Shown: positions 10,975 to 22,784 of the stretch, in pieces | Position numbering within the stretch: position 1 is the stretch's first letter | How the letters are laid out: every line of letters starts with the position of its first letter | NCBI GenBank assembly: GCA_977017645.1 | Contig: OZ360228.1 | Location: forward strand, 140,058,001-140,122,000 | Reading direction: 5' to 3' | From: Torpedo marmorata | Taxonomy: Eukaryota | DNA length: 64,000 nt | Made by a program: the position numbers and the translations under genes | The notes under the pieces: model-generated | Told to the model about the DNA's origin: nothing | The model's input: the letters and a program-made list of their open reading frames with translations, nothing else | The model's database searches: none

Positions 10975-12860
10975 TTAGTGGAAAGCAGAAAAGTCAATGT
11001 TAATGCCATCTGGCTGGAGAGTGCCCAGACGGAAAATGAGATGTTGTTCCTCCAATTTGCGGGTAGTCTGGGTGGGATAGTACATAAGGCCATGGACAGA
11101 CATGTGAGTGTGGGAGTGTGACTCGGAGTTGAAATGGCTGGCTACTGGGAGGTCGCTGTTGTTGCAGACGGAGAGGAGGTGCTCAGCAAAGCGATCTCCC
11201 AATCTACGACTGGTCTCTCCGATGTAGAGAAAGCCACAAAGGGAGCACCGGATGCAGTAAATAAGTTCTCTGGATGTACAAGTGAAGTGTAGTTTCACTT
11301 GAAAGGCCTGTTTGGGGGCCCGGACCGTGGTGAGGGGGGAGGTGTGGGCGCAGGTGTTGCACCTCCTGCGGGCACAGGGGAAGGTGCCGGGGGTGCGATG
11401 GGTGGGGAGGGATGAGTGCACGAGGGAATCGCGGAGGGAGCGGTCCCTGCGGAAGGCCGAGAGTGGAGGAGAAGGAAAAATGTGTCTGGTGGTGGGATCC
11501 TGTAGTAAGTACCGGAAATTCCGGCAGATAATGTGTTGGATGCGGAGGCTGGTGGGGTGGTAGGTGAGGATGAGGGGGATTCTATGTTTGTTGTGTCTGG
11601 GGGCAGAGGGGGCCAGGGCAGATGAGCGGGAAATGGAGGAGATGCGGGTGAGGGCTGAGTTGATGGTGGTGAAGGAGAAGCCACATTTGTGGAAGAAGGC
11701 AGACATTTCAGAAGATCTGAACTGGAACACGTCATCTTGGGAACAGATGCGGCAGAGATGGAGAAATTGAGAGAAGGGGATGGAATCCTTGCAGGGGACA
11801 GGGTGTGAGGATGTGTAGTCCAGATAGTTGTGGGAGTTGGAGGGTTTGTAGTAAATGTCGGTGGAAAGCTTGTCTCCTGAGATGGAGACAGAGAGATCCA
11901 GGAAGGGGAGAGTGTTATCGGAGATGGACCAGGTGAGTTTGAGATTGGGGTGGAAGTTGGATGCGAAGTGGATGAAGTTGACAAGCTCATCGCGGGTGCA
12001 TGAGGCAGCCCTGATGTAGTTGTCGATATAACGGAGGAAGAGAAGAGGGGTCTTGCCTGTGTAGGCTTGCAGCATGGATTGCTCCACAAAGCCCACAAAC
12101 AGGCAGGCGTAGCTGGGACCCATGCGGGTATCCATGGCTACTCCTTTGATTTGGAGGAAGTGGGATGAGTTGAAGGAGAAGTTATTGAGAGTGAGGACAA
12201 GTTCTGCCAGGCAGAGGAGTGTGGTGGTAGAGGGTGACTGGTCGGGTCTTTGGTCCAGGAAGAAGCGAAGTGCTTTCAGACCTTCTGTGTGGGGCATAGA
12301 GGTATAAAGGGATTGGACATCCATGGTGAAGATGATGCGGTCCGGTTCAGGGAAACTGAAGTCATTGAGGAGATGGAGGGTATGTGAGGTGTCGCGGATG
12401 TAGGTGGGGATGGATTGGACCAGGGGAGAAAAGATGGAGTCAAGGTAAGATGAAACTATTTCGGTGGGGCAGGAGCAGGCAGAAACAATGGGTCTGCCCG
12501 GATGGTTGGGTTTGTGTATCTTGGGTAGAAGGTAGAAACGGGCAGTGCGGGGGTGGGGGAGAATGAGGTTGGTGGCCGTGGAGGGGAGGTGACCGCAGGT
12601 GGAGGTCGGAGATGGTGTTGGAGACAGTGGCTTTATGTGCAGTGGTGGGGTCCTGTGGGAGGGGTTGGTAGGAGAAGGTGTCTGAGAGCTGTCGACTGGC
12701 CTCGGCAAGGTAGAGGTCAGTGCGCCAGATCATAACCACACCGCCCTTGTCTGCGTGTTTGATGGTGAGGTTGGGATTGTTGCAGAGAGAGTGGAGGACA
12801 GAGCGTTCTGAGGAGGTGAGGTTGGAATACGAGAGGGGGGGTGGTGAAGTTGAGACGGTT
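10975..12860 (-). pseudogene. Penelope RT/GIY-YIG endonuclease ORF (one frameshift; YIDD changed to YIDN)
   Basis: ORFs 12440..12919 and 10975..12708 join into one PLE polyprotein; catalytic codon GAC to AAC at a CpG. Confidence 0.9.
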
Positions 12861-12904
12861 GATGTCTCGGCGGCAGTTGTTTCACTTGCCTTTTTGTAAC
12901 ACCT

Positions 12905-13640
12905 GTTACAGCATTGCACACATTTTTACAGCCAATGACATCCTTCTAAAATGTGGTCACTGTTATAACGAAGAAAACATGGCAGCCAATTTCTACACAG
13001 AAATACCCCACATGAATGACCAGACTTTGCATTTTGGAGATGTTGGTTGATTGGTAGCCAAGGGCTACAAGGAAAATTTAGAACATAAGAAACAGGAGCA
13101 GGAGTCGGCCATCTGGCCCATCGAGTCTGCTCTGCTGTTCAATAAGATCATGGCTGATCTGGCCATGGACTCAGCTCCACTTACCCAACTGTTCCCTAAA
13201 ACCCTTAATTGCCCTACTATTCAAAAAATCTGTGTCTTAAATACATTTGATGAGGCAGACTTCAGTGCTTCACTGGGCAGAAAATTTCTAGATTCGCCAC
13301 TCTCTGGGAGAAGCAGTTCCTCCTCACCTCTGTCTTAAATCTACTTCGCCAAATCTTGAGGCTCTGTCCCAAGTTCTAGTCTCATCTGCCAGTGGAAACA
13401 ACCTCCCTGCTTTCATCTTAGCTATTCCGTTCATGATCTTTTGTGTTTCTATCAGATCCCTCCTCATCCTTGTGGCCCCATTGAGTACAGAGCCAGGATA
13501 CTCAGAGGTAAAGATGTACACACATCACTTCTCTGCTCCTCGTAGAATATTGCAGTGGCAACCTTTAACATCTGCATGGGAAGGAGGACACATTTTAATG
13601 CTTTATCCCAACAGCCTCAGTGTAAAAGATAGGCACTTCA
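12905..13640 (-). mobile_element. Old Deu-domain-type SINE remnant interrupted by a CR1 3' fragment (~13080-13470)
   Basis: ACAGCCAATGA..GGCAGCCAATTT..GTTGGTTGA..AGCCAAGG Deu-like motifs on both sides of a CR1 tail. Confidence 0.5.
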
Positions 13641-13674
13641 AGGAGTTCTGGATTGTTGTGACCCCTTACCTATA

Positions 13675-14160
13675 GCATAGAACACTACAACAAAGTACAG
13701 GCCCTTTAGACATGATGTTATACCAACCCATGTAAGCCTACTCCACAACAATCTCATTTTCCCTACCTCACACCCATAACCATCTATTTTTCTTACATCC
13801 ACCTGACAAAGAGTCTTTTGAATGTCCCAACTGTACCAGCCTCCACCATCACCCCTGGCATTGCATTCCAGGCACCCACCACTCTCTGTGTAAAAAATTA
13901 ACTTTGACGTCTCCCCTAAATTTTCTTGCACTTAATTAAACAGATGTTCTCTGGCTAGTGTGCCCTGGGAAAAAGGTGCGGGCTGTCCACCTTAAGCCCC
14001 TCATTATATCTCGATTGTCACCTCTCGTCCTTCGTCGCTTCTAAGAGAAAAGCCTTAGCTCTGCCAACCTTGGTTCATAAGACACGTTCTCCAATCCAGG
14101 CAGCATCCTGGTAAATCTCCTCTGCACCCCCTCTACATCTCTCCTGTAATAAGGCGACCG
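13675..14160 (-). mobile_element. CR1-type LINE 3' fragment
   Basis: FFTQRVV..WNA-like frame and GGCCTGTACTTTGTTGTAGTGTTCTATG tail. Confidence 0.7.
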
Positions 14161-14223
14161 AGTTCCAAGAAATTTCCCGGAACTATTTTCCTGAGTGGCG
14201 CATGGTGGTAAGTATGTATGCAG

Positions 14224-14545
14224 TCAAGTTAAGTTTATTGCCATCTGATTGTACAAGTACAACCCGACGAAACAGTGTTCTCCAGTCCTCGGTGCCAAAC
14301 ACGCAGACACACAACCAGACATAACACACATACAGACAAACAATACATATGCAGGGCAAGTATTCATACATATAAATAAATAAATATTGTTTCATGAACA
14401 TGAGAGTCTCAGATGGTTAGTGTGAGCAGTTCCTTTGGGCGTTCAGCATTCTCACTGCCCGTGGAAAGAAGTTTTTCCTCAGCCTGGTGGTGCTGGCTCT
14501 GATACTCCTGTATCTCTTCCCCGACGGGAGCAGCTGAAAGATGCA
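14224..14545 (-). mobile_element. Rex1/Babar-type 3' fragment
   Basis: LPSGKRYRSIRASTTRLRKNFFP-like frame; tail AATAAACTTAACTTG. Confidence 0.7.
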
Positions 14546-14971
14546 GTGATACTTTAGTTATCACCGTGTGGAACAGTCTGGACCAATGGAAGGGTTTATG
14601 CTGTCATTGCATTGGTGACCAGATAGAGTACTGTGATGGACATATCATACAGAGGCATCACCCTAGTTTTTAAAATCGACAACCTTCTGACTTGACTCCA
14701 TGCACCCACAACTGAAGCAAATGGTTTTAAAGTTCATTCAGAGGATGAGAACGTCATTAGGGAGGGCAGCATTTAACTATCCCCAATTGCCCATTAACTG
14801 TGTGGCCTCAGAGGGCAGATAAGGGTCAACCACAGTCCTGCAAGTCACTAAAAGACTGGACAGGGTAAGATCATCGACTTTCTTCCCCTAAAGGGACATT
14901 AATGACCCAGATGGGAATCTTTTTAAACAACAATGCACCACTGTTACAAATGCTTATTAGGATTTTATTCC

Positions 14972-15360
14972 TGGGTTCCTTTATCGACTATTATCAGAGT
15001 TTATGATTCCTCATGATTTGAAGTTATATTATTTCTACAGGTCAGTGCAATTCTGGGGTGGGGGTAAGTGGTAGGCTAGTTTAGATTACTTTAGCTTTTA
15101 TAAAAAAATGTATTATGATGAATTTACTATATTATCTTTTTTTTGTGGCTTGGTTCTTTTTATACCTATTGGTATTATAATACTAAATTGTAAAGAAAAA
15201 AAAATTGATATATATCTGTAATGTATACTCTGTTATGGATGGATTAATGGAACATGTGATAATGCTTTTCTTTGCTTTTTTTTTCTGTAAAAGTATATAG
15301 TGAATGAACTGTTATATCCATGATTTTATGGAATTAATAAAGAGATTTAAAAAAGAAAAA
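14972..15360 (+). mobile_element. Short 5'-truncated L1-clade insertion (ORF2 end, 3' UTR, A-rich tail)
   Basis: 13-bp TSD AGGATTTTATTCC at 14959-14971 and 15361-15373; AATAAA then A-rich tail; G-rich tract in the UTR. Confidence 0.8.
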
Positions 15361-15714
15361 AGGATTTTATTCCAAAGTTATTTGAAAAACTGAATAGAAA
15401 TTCCTCAGTCCCGATTTTTGGATGTGAACTCGTGTCAAGTTCCTTGGTGTGCAGAAAACAGACGACCCATCCTGGACCCACAACACCTCCTCATTAGTCA
15501 GGAAGGCGCTTCCTGAGGAGGTTGAGGAGGGCAAGGCTACCGGCCCACATCTTGACAACGTTTTACGGGAGCACAGTTCAGAGTGTCCTGTCTGGCTGCA
15601 TCATTGTGTGGGACGATAGCTGCAAAGAATCGGACCAGAAGTCAATATTGAGATCATCAAAACGGACGAGAAGATCACTGGGGTCTCTCTTTCCTCTATC
15701 AGTTAAATTGGGCT

Positions 15715-17584
15715 TGTAACAGCACTGATTTATCACAGCTTACAAACAAATAAAGAATACACTCACTCGTTTCTTTCAGCACACCATGAAGTCGACTTTC
15801 TTTTTATTATTCACTAGACACAACATTGCATTCAACTCCCCAAACACCACCCAGCTAAACTCCTGACCTTCTCATTGGCTCACTGCCACACGGGTGATCC
15901 TGACACTCTCACTCTCCTCCTCCTGACGAAGGTAAGTACGCGACCGCGACAGCCCCCCCTCAGCCTCCGAGCCATGCAAGGAGGCGACCGATTGGAACTG
16001 TCCCGCTACGTAACGGTCCAGAGGGTTGACAGTTCGGCCCTACCTCGTACGATAGTGCAAGACGGGTGATGCATGGTCCGACTGGCAAGGGTGCGACTGG
16101 TCCTCTGACTCTGGCTCCGACGCAGAACATGGACCGTCGATATACGCCAGCTTCAACCTGACAATGGAAACCGTGTCAGCTTTTCCATTCCTGTCGATCA
16201 CAAAAGTCTTCAGGTGGCGTCGTAAGACCTAAAAAGGACCATCATAAACGGGCTGAAGGGGTTTGCGAACAGCATCATGCCAGAGGAACACGAGTACAGT
16301 GTTGTAAATCATGCGGCACATACACCGCAGGTGACGCCTGTCACGTAGGAGTAGGTTGGAGAAATCTCATGTTTTCCTGAAGGCGATCAACATAACTAGC
16401 CGGATCACAGAGCATTGTGCTTAAGACTTGGATTCACAAACTCGCCCGGCAAGGTTAACGTAGTGACATATACTAGCTTTGCTGCTGAACATCCAAGATC
16501 TGCCTTAACAGCAGTACACACTCCAAGAACCATGGGCAAACGTTCGCTCCATGTAGATGCATCACCACCTGCTGTTAATGCTGCCTTCAATTGTCGATGG
16601 AAACTCTCAACGAGGCCGTTGGCCTGCGGATGGTAAGCCGTAGTGTGAATACGGGCAGTGCCCAGAAGATCAGTGAGAGCTCGGAACAACACCGACTCGA
16701 ACTGAGATCCTCGATCCATTGTAATAGTGACCGGAACACCGAAAGATGGAATCCAATGATTCACGAATGCCCTAGCGACCATCTCTGCAGAGATGTCAGT
16801 GATAGGAATGGCCTCCTGCCACCTGGTAGTCTGGTCTTCACACGTGAGCAGATAAGTATATCCCCGAGATGGCGGAAGCGGGACTACCAAGTCTGAGTGC
16901 ACATGCTGGAAATGGGAATCCAGAACAACAAAATCCCCCAGCTTGGATTTCGTGTGTCTGGAGACTTTAGAGCGTTGACACGGCAAGTAGGTCCTTGCCC
17001 ATAATCCAACATCCCGTTTAACATGAGGCCAGGTAAAACGTTCTGTAACTAGTTTGATTGATGCTCTTCTACCAGGATGCGATAGATTGTGAAGACACTC
17101 AAATATCTCCCGCCTCATAGCTTCAAAAGGCCTAGGCCTTCCTGTGTAAAAATCGCAGACTAACTTTTCCCCCGATTCATCCAGGGTCACATCTTGAAGA
17201 TGGAGACCAGAGTTGATCCGCCGATTCCGGATGAGATTGGGATTGGTGTAGTTTGACCTCCCCAACTGCTCCTGTAAGGGGTTTATCCTCATCACTATCC
17301 ATTTTAAATTAGAAGGTACTGTGAACTCACAGGGTCACCACTTGTAACGGCACTGATTTACCACAGCTTACAAACAAATAAAGAATACACTCACTCGTTT
17401 CTTTCAGCACACCATGAAGCCGACTTTCTTTTTATTATTTACTAGACACAACATTGCATTCTTCAACTCCCCAAACACCACCCAGCTAAACTCCTCTGAC
17501 CTTCTCATTGGCTCACTGCCACACGGGTGATCCTGACACTCTCACTCTCCTCCTCCTGACGAAGGTAAGTACGCGACCGCGACA
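15715..17584 (-). mobile_element. Internally deleted Gypsy LTR retrotransposon (integrase only) inserted in a Rex fragment
   Basis: LTRs 15715-15951 and 17343-17584 (TG...CA); PBS TGGTGACCCTG after the 5' LTR; PPT GGCTGAGGGGGGGC before the 3' LTR; TSD GGCT/GACT. Confidence 0.92.
16405..17295 (-). pseudogene. Gypsy integrase (HHCC zinc finger and rve DDE core), degraded
   Basis: HNLSHPG..CQRSK, HSDLV, ITMDRGSQFES, TTAYHPQANGLVESFHRQLK; the downstream GPF/Y-like motif (QPVYDGPF) lies outside this ORF. Confidence 0.9.
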
Positions 17585-17840
17585 GACTCAAAGAATTATC
17601 GAAGACCCTTTCAATCCATTACACAATATCTGTGACCCACTACCATCAGCAAGGAGGTACGGGAGCATCAAAATCAGAACTGCCAGGCTGGGTAATAGCT
17701 TCTTCCCGCAGGCTGTGAAGTTTATGAACAGTATCCCTTAACCGAGTAAATCATCCAAAATATTAGATACAATATTATAATAATTATAAATATTATATAT
17801 AAAATGTTATGTATTTTTAAAATTACATCTTTATGTATAT

Positions 17841-17998
17841 NNNNNNNNNNNNNNNNNNNNNNNNNNNNNNNNNNNNNNNNNNNNNNNNNNNNNNNNNNNN
17901 NNNNNNNNNNNNNNNNNNNNNNNNNNNNNNNNNNNNNNNNNNNNNNNNNNNNNNNNNNNNNNNNNNNNNNNNNNNNNNNNNNNNNNNNNNNNNNNNNN
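17841..17998. other. Assembly gap (N run)
   Basis: N bases. Confidence 1.
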
Positions 17999-18116
17999 TG
18001 TTTTGTCTGTTTGTATATGTACAGTCAGATGATAATAAACTTGAACTTGAACCAAGGACTGCTGACAGAACTGGTAACAGAACCACTATGAGAATGGGGT
18101 GAGAGTGGATACGAAC

Positions 18117-18304
18117 AGTTCTTGTCTGATCCTCCTGAGCTTTGCCTTGGTATCGGCCAGGTCCACCGCGAGATGCTGCTTCTCCCCTTTGTCGAGCTTG
18201 AAGTTGGGACTAGTTGGACATTCGGGACTCGAGGACTTCCCAGGACTTGGAAGCAGCTGCTGCGTCTGTAAGTAGTCACGGTCTTGGGTGAGCTCCACTA
18301 TCAT
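18117..18304 (-). CDS. CCDC88C: CCDC88C coding exon (probable exon 8); 188 nt, [62 protein letters not shown](L)
   Basis: cag|ATGATAGTG...GAACT|gttcgt. RDYLQ, PSPxKSSS and KQHLAVxLADTKA are Daple-like. The phase-2 end fits the next exon, which starts G|GAA. The donor is weak. Confidence 0.9.
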
Positions 18305-18692
18305 CTGCCAAAGCAGAAAGGAATTAATAGCATGAACCATCAGTGCTGATCCTTTTCAGGCCAGATGGAAGTCACAGAGCTTGAGGAGGCGAGTGGCGAG
18401 GTAATTGTTTCAGTGACATGGAGAAAATAAGGTAATAGAACACAGGCCAGTACAGGACAGGGACAGGCCCTTCACCCCACACGTGTGCTCCAAACATGAT
18501 GCCCAAATCAAACTAAAACTCGAGCCACACAGGAGACTGCAGATGCTGGAATCTGAAGCGAAAAACAATCTGCTGGAGAAACTCCAGCATGTCAAACAGC
18601 TGCTTGTGGGTGACTAAATCTGTGCCACTTCCACATGATCCACATCCCTCTCTTCCCTGCATGTTCATGGATTCGATCTGACGCCTCCTAAA

Positions 18693-18919
18693 GCTCTGAA
18701 GAAGGGCTCAGGCCCAAAACGTCGGTCACATATCTACCTTCTATGAATGCTAAGAGACCGGCTGAGTTCCTCCAGCATTTTTGTGTTTTTAAAAAGGTTC
18801 TGACTGTGCACTCTACCCTCTCAGAGGTCTCCCCTCAGCCTCCTACGCCCCAGGGAAAACCTCAAATTGTTCAACCTCTCCTCATGACTCATACCCTCTA
18901 AATACACAAAAGTGCTGGA
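18693..18919 (+). mobile_element. Chimeric Penelope-tail/CR1/Penelope-tail insertion resembling 20846-21090
   Basis: Flanked by GCCTCCTAAA / GCCTCTTAAA; shares both internal junctions with the 20.8-21.1 kb locus. Confidence 0.7.
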
Positions 18920-19211
18920 GCCTCTTAAACACTACTATCGAATCTGCTTCCACCGCTCCCCCTGGCAGCCCGTTCCAGGAACCCAACGCTCTCCATGTGA
19001 AAAAACGTGCCCCAGTCATCTCCTTTAAACTCCCGCCCCCTTAAATGTCGGTACTGTAGTATGTGACATTTTTACCCTGGGAAAAGATTCTGTCTGTCTC
19101 CCCTATCTCATAATTTTATAAACTTCCATCAGGTCACCCCTCAACACCAAAGAAAACAACCCTAGTTTGTCCAATCTCTCTCCAATAACTCACACCGTCT
19201 AATCCAAGCAA

Positions 19212-19667
19212 GAGTAAAACACGAAAATCCGTAGACACCGTGGTTGAAGTAAAAAACACAAATGCTGGAGAAATTCAGCAGCTCAAACAGTGTCTTTTAT
19301 GTAGCAAAGGTAGAAATACATAACCGACGTTTCGGGCTTGAGCCCTTCATCAAAGTATGAGAAAATGCCGGTAGGCGTCCGAACAAAAGAGTGAGGGGGG
19401 AAGGGAGGTGGCAAAGGCAGGAGATGATAGGTGGAGAAAGGAGGGAGGGGACAGCAGCAGAGAGGGGGAGGAGGGATGGCTAAGTAGCTGGAGAAAAACA
19501 GGAAGGACAGGTGAGGGGGGAGGGGAAGGGAACGACAAGCAGGTTTAGTGGAAAGCAGAAAAGTCAATGTTAATGCCATCTGGCTGGAGAGTGCCGAGAC
19601 GGAAAATGAGATGTTGTTCCTCCAATTTGCGGGTAGTCTGGTTGCGATAGTACATAAGGCCATGGAG
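19212..19667 (-). mobile_element. Penelope 3' fragment with hammerhead motif (19321-19359)
   Basis: Very similar to 10643-11097, including TRKLEEQHLIFRLGTLQPDGINIDFSAFH. Confidence 0.9.
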
Positions 19668-19689
19668 CAAGAGTCTGGTTGAGCCTCCA

Positions 19690-20210
19690 TAAGACATAGG
19701 AGCAGAAATAGGCCATTCAGCCCATTGAGTCTGCCCCTCTATTTAATCATGATCCATTTTCCCACTCAGCCCCACTGCCCGGCCTTCTCCCCATAACCTT
19801 TGATGCCCTGGCTAATCAAAAACCTATCAATCTCTGCCTTAAAATACACCCAATGACTTGGCCTCCACAGCTGCCTGTGGCAACAAATTCCACAGATTCA
19901 CCACCCTCTGGCTGAAGAATTTCCTCTGCATCTCTGTTCTAAGCGGACGCCCTTCAATCCTGAAGTTGTGCCCTCTTGTCCTGGACTCTTCCACCATAGG
20001 AAATAACATTTCTACATCTATTCTGTCCACACCTTTCAACATTCAAAATGTTTCAATGACATCCCCCCTCATTCTCCTAAACTCCGAGGAGTCGAACGTT
20101 CTTCATATGGCAACCCTTTCATTCCGGGAATCATCCTTGTGAACCTCCTCTGAACCTCTTCTGCACCTTTTCCAAAGGCTCCACTCCCTTCCTGTAATGG
20201 GGTGACCAGA
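19690..20210 (-). mobile_element. CR1-type LINE 3' end
   Basis: ORF 19839..20042 ESRTRGHNFRIEGRPLRTEMQRKFFSQRVVNLWN. Confidence 0.85.
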
Positions 20211-22368
20211 AATGCTAATAATAGACAATGTTTGCGATCTGGAGAGAGGGTGTAAAGTCACGTTACAGATCTGGTTTGAAAACAGAATAGTTTAGAATAG
20301 ATAGCAGTGATTTAAACAGTTCACAACTCACTGCTGGGTGGTGGTGGGTACAATGGTGCAGCAGCAGAGCTGCTGTCGCACATCCCCCAGCTACCCAGAT
20401 TCAATCCTGCTCTCTGGTGCTGTCTGTGTGGAGTTTGCACTTTGGCCCTATGACTGCGTGAGTTTCTCCTGAGGACCCCCTGGTTTCCTCTCACAGATTA
20501 CCCGCAGATTCAATGGAACTTTTAAAAAGGGGGTGGGTGGTTGGAGAAATACTTGGAGGGATAACACTGCAGAGATAAAAACAGAGTGCATGATCAACTG
20601 ATTGTTTTTGGTAGGTTCAGCAACCTTAATCTCACTCTGTCTTACACAAGACTATGATTCCACAGTTCAGAGTTATAACCACTTAGACGCTACTGTTGTA
20701 CCTGCTTTCATCACTGTCCCTGGCAGCCCTTTCCAGCCACCCACCATTCTCTGTGTAAAATACTTGCACTGCACATCTCACTTAAACTTCCTCCCCCTCA
20801 CCTAAACTGCATGACCTCCAGCTGCCCTGGGGAAAAGTCTTATACCTTGAAGAAGGGCTAAGGCCCGAAACGTCGGTTATATATTTTGACCTCCTATGGA
20901 TGCTGCGAGACCGGCTGAGTTCCTCCAGCACTTCTGTGTTTTTAAAAGGTTCTGACTGCACTCTATTAATGCCTCTCATGAGTTCACACACCTCGATCAG
21001 GTCTTCCCTCAGCCTCCTACGCCCCAGGGAAAACAACCCAAAATTGTTCAACCTCTCCTCATGACTCATACCCTCTAAATACACAAAAGTATCAGGGAAG
21101 CTCAGTCAGTTCGGCAGCGTTCAGAGGAGGCAAAGATATATAACCAACGGTTCAGGCCTGAGCCCTTTTTCAAGGTATGAGCAAAAAGCGGCAGGCGTCT
21201 GAATAAAAAGGTGGGGGGAGGAGGGACGAAGGGGCATGGGGAAGAGCATAGGCAGCTAAGAGGCCATAGGTAGCCAGGAAGGACACGTGGCTGTGGAAGC
21301 GAGTCTGGGTGAGTACATGCTCTCAAACCAGGCAACTTCTGGTAAACTAACTATTAAGTGCTCACTGAAAGACTTGCATTTCTATAGCATCTTTCATGAC
21401 CTCAGGATATCCCATCACACTCAGTGAAGTGCCTTTAAAGTGCAGACATTGATGGTCCTTGAGCAAGTAACCACTGCACAGCTAGTTCCAAACTCCTAGG
21501 GTTCATTAAAAGCTTTGTGAATCATTAGCTCAACTCTCCCTTCACGGATGGATGACCTCTCTCAGAGGAACGATGGGGCAGAAATGATTTGCTAAGTTAT
21601 AAAGCACAGTGTGTTGTTGGAAACTACAATGGTCTAATGGGTGAACACTGCTGGTTGCAGGCTATGCAAAGGTTTGTGGCAAAACAGCTACCTAACAACT
21701 AGTGATCTGAATGGAAGAGACAGATGATGGCGTGTGCTAGCCACTACCTGTTTTGTAAGAGGTGCTCCATTCCTGGGGCAATGGAAGGAATCCAAGAAAA
21801 GTACCAAGACAATTAACTCCTTGAGAGGAAGAAGAGCTGGATGAATTTAGATTAGAAAAATATAGCTGCTACTGACAGAGAGAAGTGCTGAGAGACAGGT
21901 GCAAATATTTCTGTGTGCATTGCAGTGAGGCAGCTGGTAAAGCCGCTGCCTCACAGCGCCAGAGACGTGGGTTCGATGCTGACGTCAGGAATTGTCTGTG
22001 TGGAATTTGCATGTCATCCCTGCGACCAAGTGGATTTCCCTTGTGTCCTCCTGTTTCCCCCCCCCCACCCCCCCAACATCCCAAAGACGTGGAGGTTTAT
22101 TGGCTCACTGTAAATTACCCCTGGTGTGTAAGTGAATGGTAAAATCTGGGGAGGAGTTGATGAGAATGCGAGAACAGATAAACGAGATAAGTGTAAATGG
22201 CCCAGTCCTGATGGGCCGAAGGGCCTGTTTAGGAGCGATATCTTTAGCGAGGTAACATTCAGTCAGTGATTGATTACCCCCCACCCATCCCTCTCCAGTT
22301 GATTAAATGTGCTGAAGGTTACGAAGTCATAGTTTCCAAAGTTTTGAGCGATGTGTGTATATCTTTAC

Positions 22369-22509
22369 CTCTGAGTACTCGTCCCGATCATCAAGGAGTC
22401 GCTTCAGATGGAAGACCATCGATCGTGACAGAGTCTCCAGATCTTCTGCAGTCACCTCCGTCAGTTCCATCCACTGAAGATCAAACACGTTCTCCTGGTT
22501 ATGGGTGAT
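22369..22509 (-). CDS. CCDC88C: CCDC88C coding exon (probable exon 7); 141 nt, [47 protein letters not shown]
   Basis: cag|ATCACCCAT...TCAGAG|gtaaag; [12 protein letters not shown] motif of CCDC88A/C; phase 0-0. Confidence 0.95.
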
Positions 22510-22784
22510 CTGTAAGGGCGAGGAAGAAAGGAAGATTAAATTAACAGAGAAACAGGTCATAGTGGAGCTCAGGTCCACACAAGTCTCCTCCCAACACACT
22601 TCATTTCTCCCCATCAGTACGTTAGCTTCCCCTTCAATGCATCCATGCGACGTGCCTCAGCTATGCTCTGTGCTAGTAATTCTCACTGCACTCTCAAGTT
22701 TCTCATTGGTGACTATCTTACATCTATGGAACATGGACTTGGCTATCTTCACAAGTAGAGATCTCTTTGTCTATCTCTTTGTGA

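Larger units (their letters stand above)
10643..12880 (-). mobile_element. Penelope-like retroelement (Neptune-type), 5'-truncated, with RT + GIY-YIG ORF, 3' hammerhead motif and tail
   Basis: ADKGG, LPKIHK, GRPIVS, DVQSLYT, GVAM..MGPSYA, RYIDN, FLD, Cys linker CARRRCNTC, LIYCIRC..YIGET; frameshift near 12600. Confidence 0.95.

Noticed and set aside
17804-18102. ORFs spanning N runs (also at 47896-49428)
   Set aside because: Created by assembly gaps.
18107-18112. U12-type intron after exon 8
   Set aside because: GTATCCAC lacks the TT of the consensus, is out of frame, and no U12 branch point is seen at the acceptor.
22357-22371. Exon 7 donor GAGGTAAAGATATA resembles the antisense Penelope tail (TE-donated splice site)
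   Set aside because: The match is about 14 bp, overlaps the donor consensus and does not extend; the exon boundary is at the expected conserved position.
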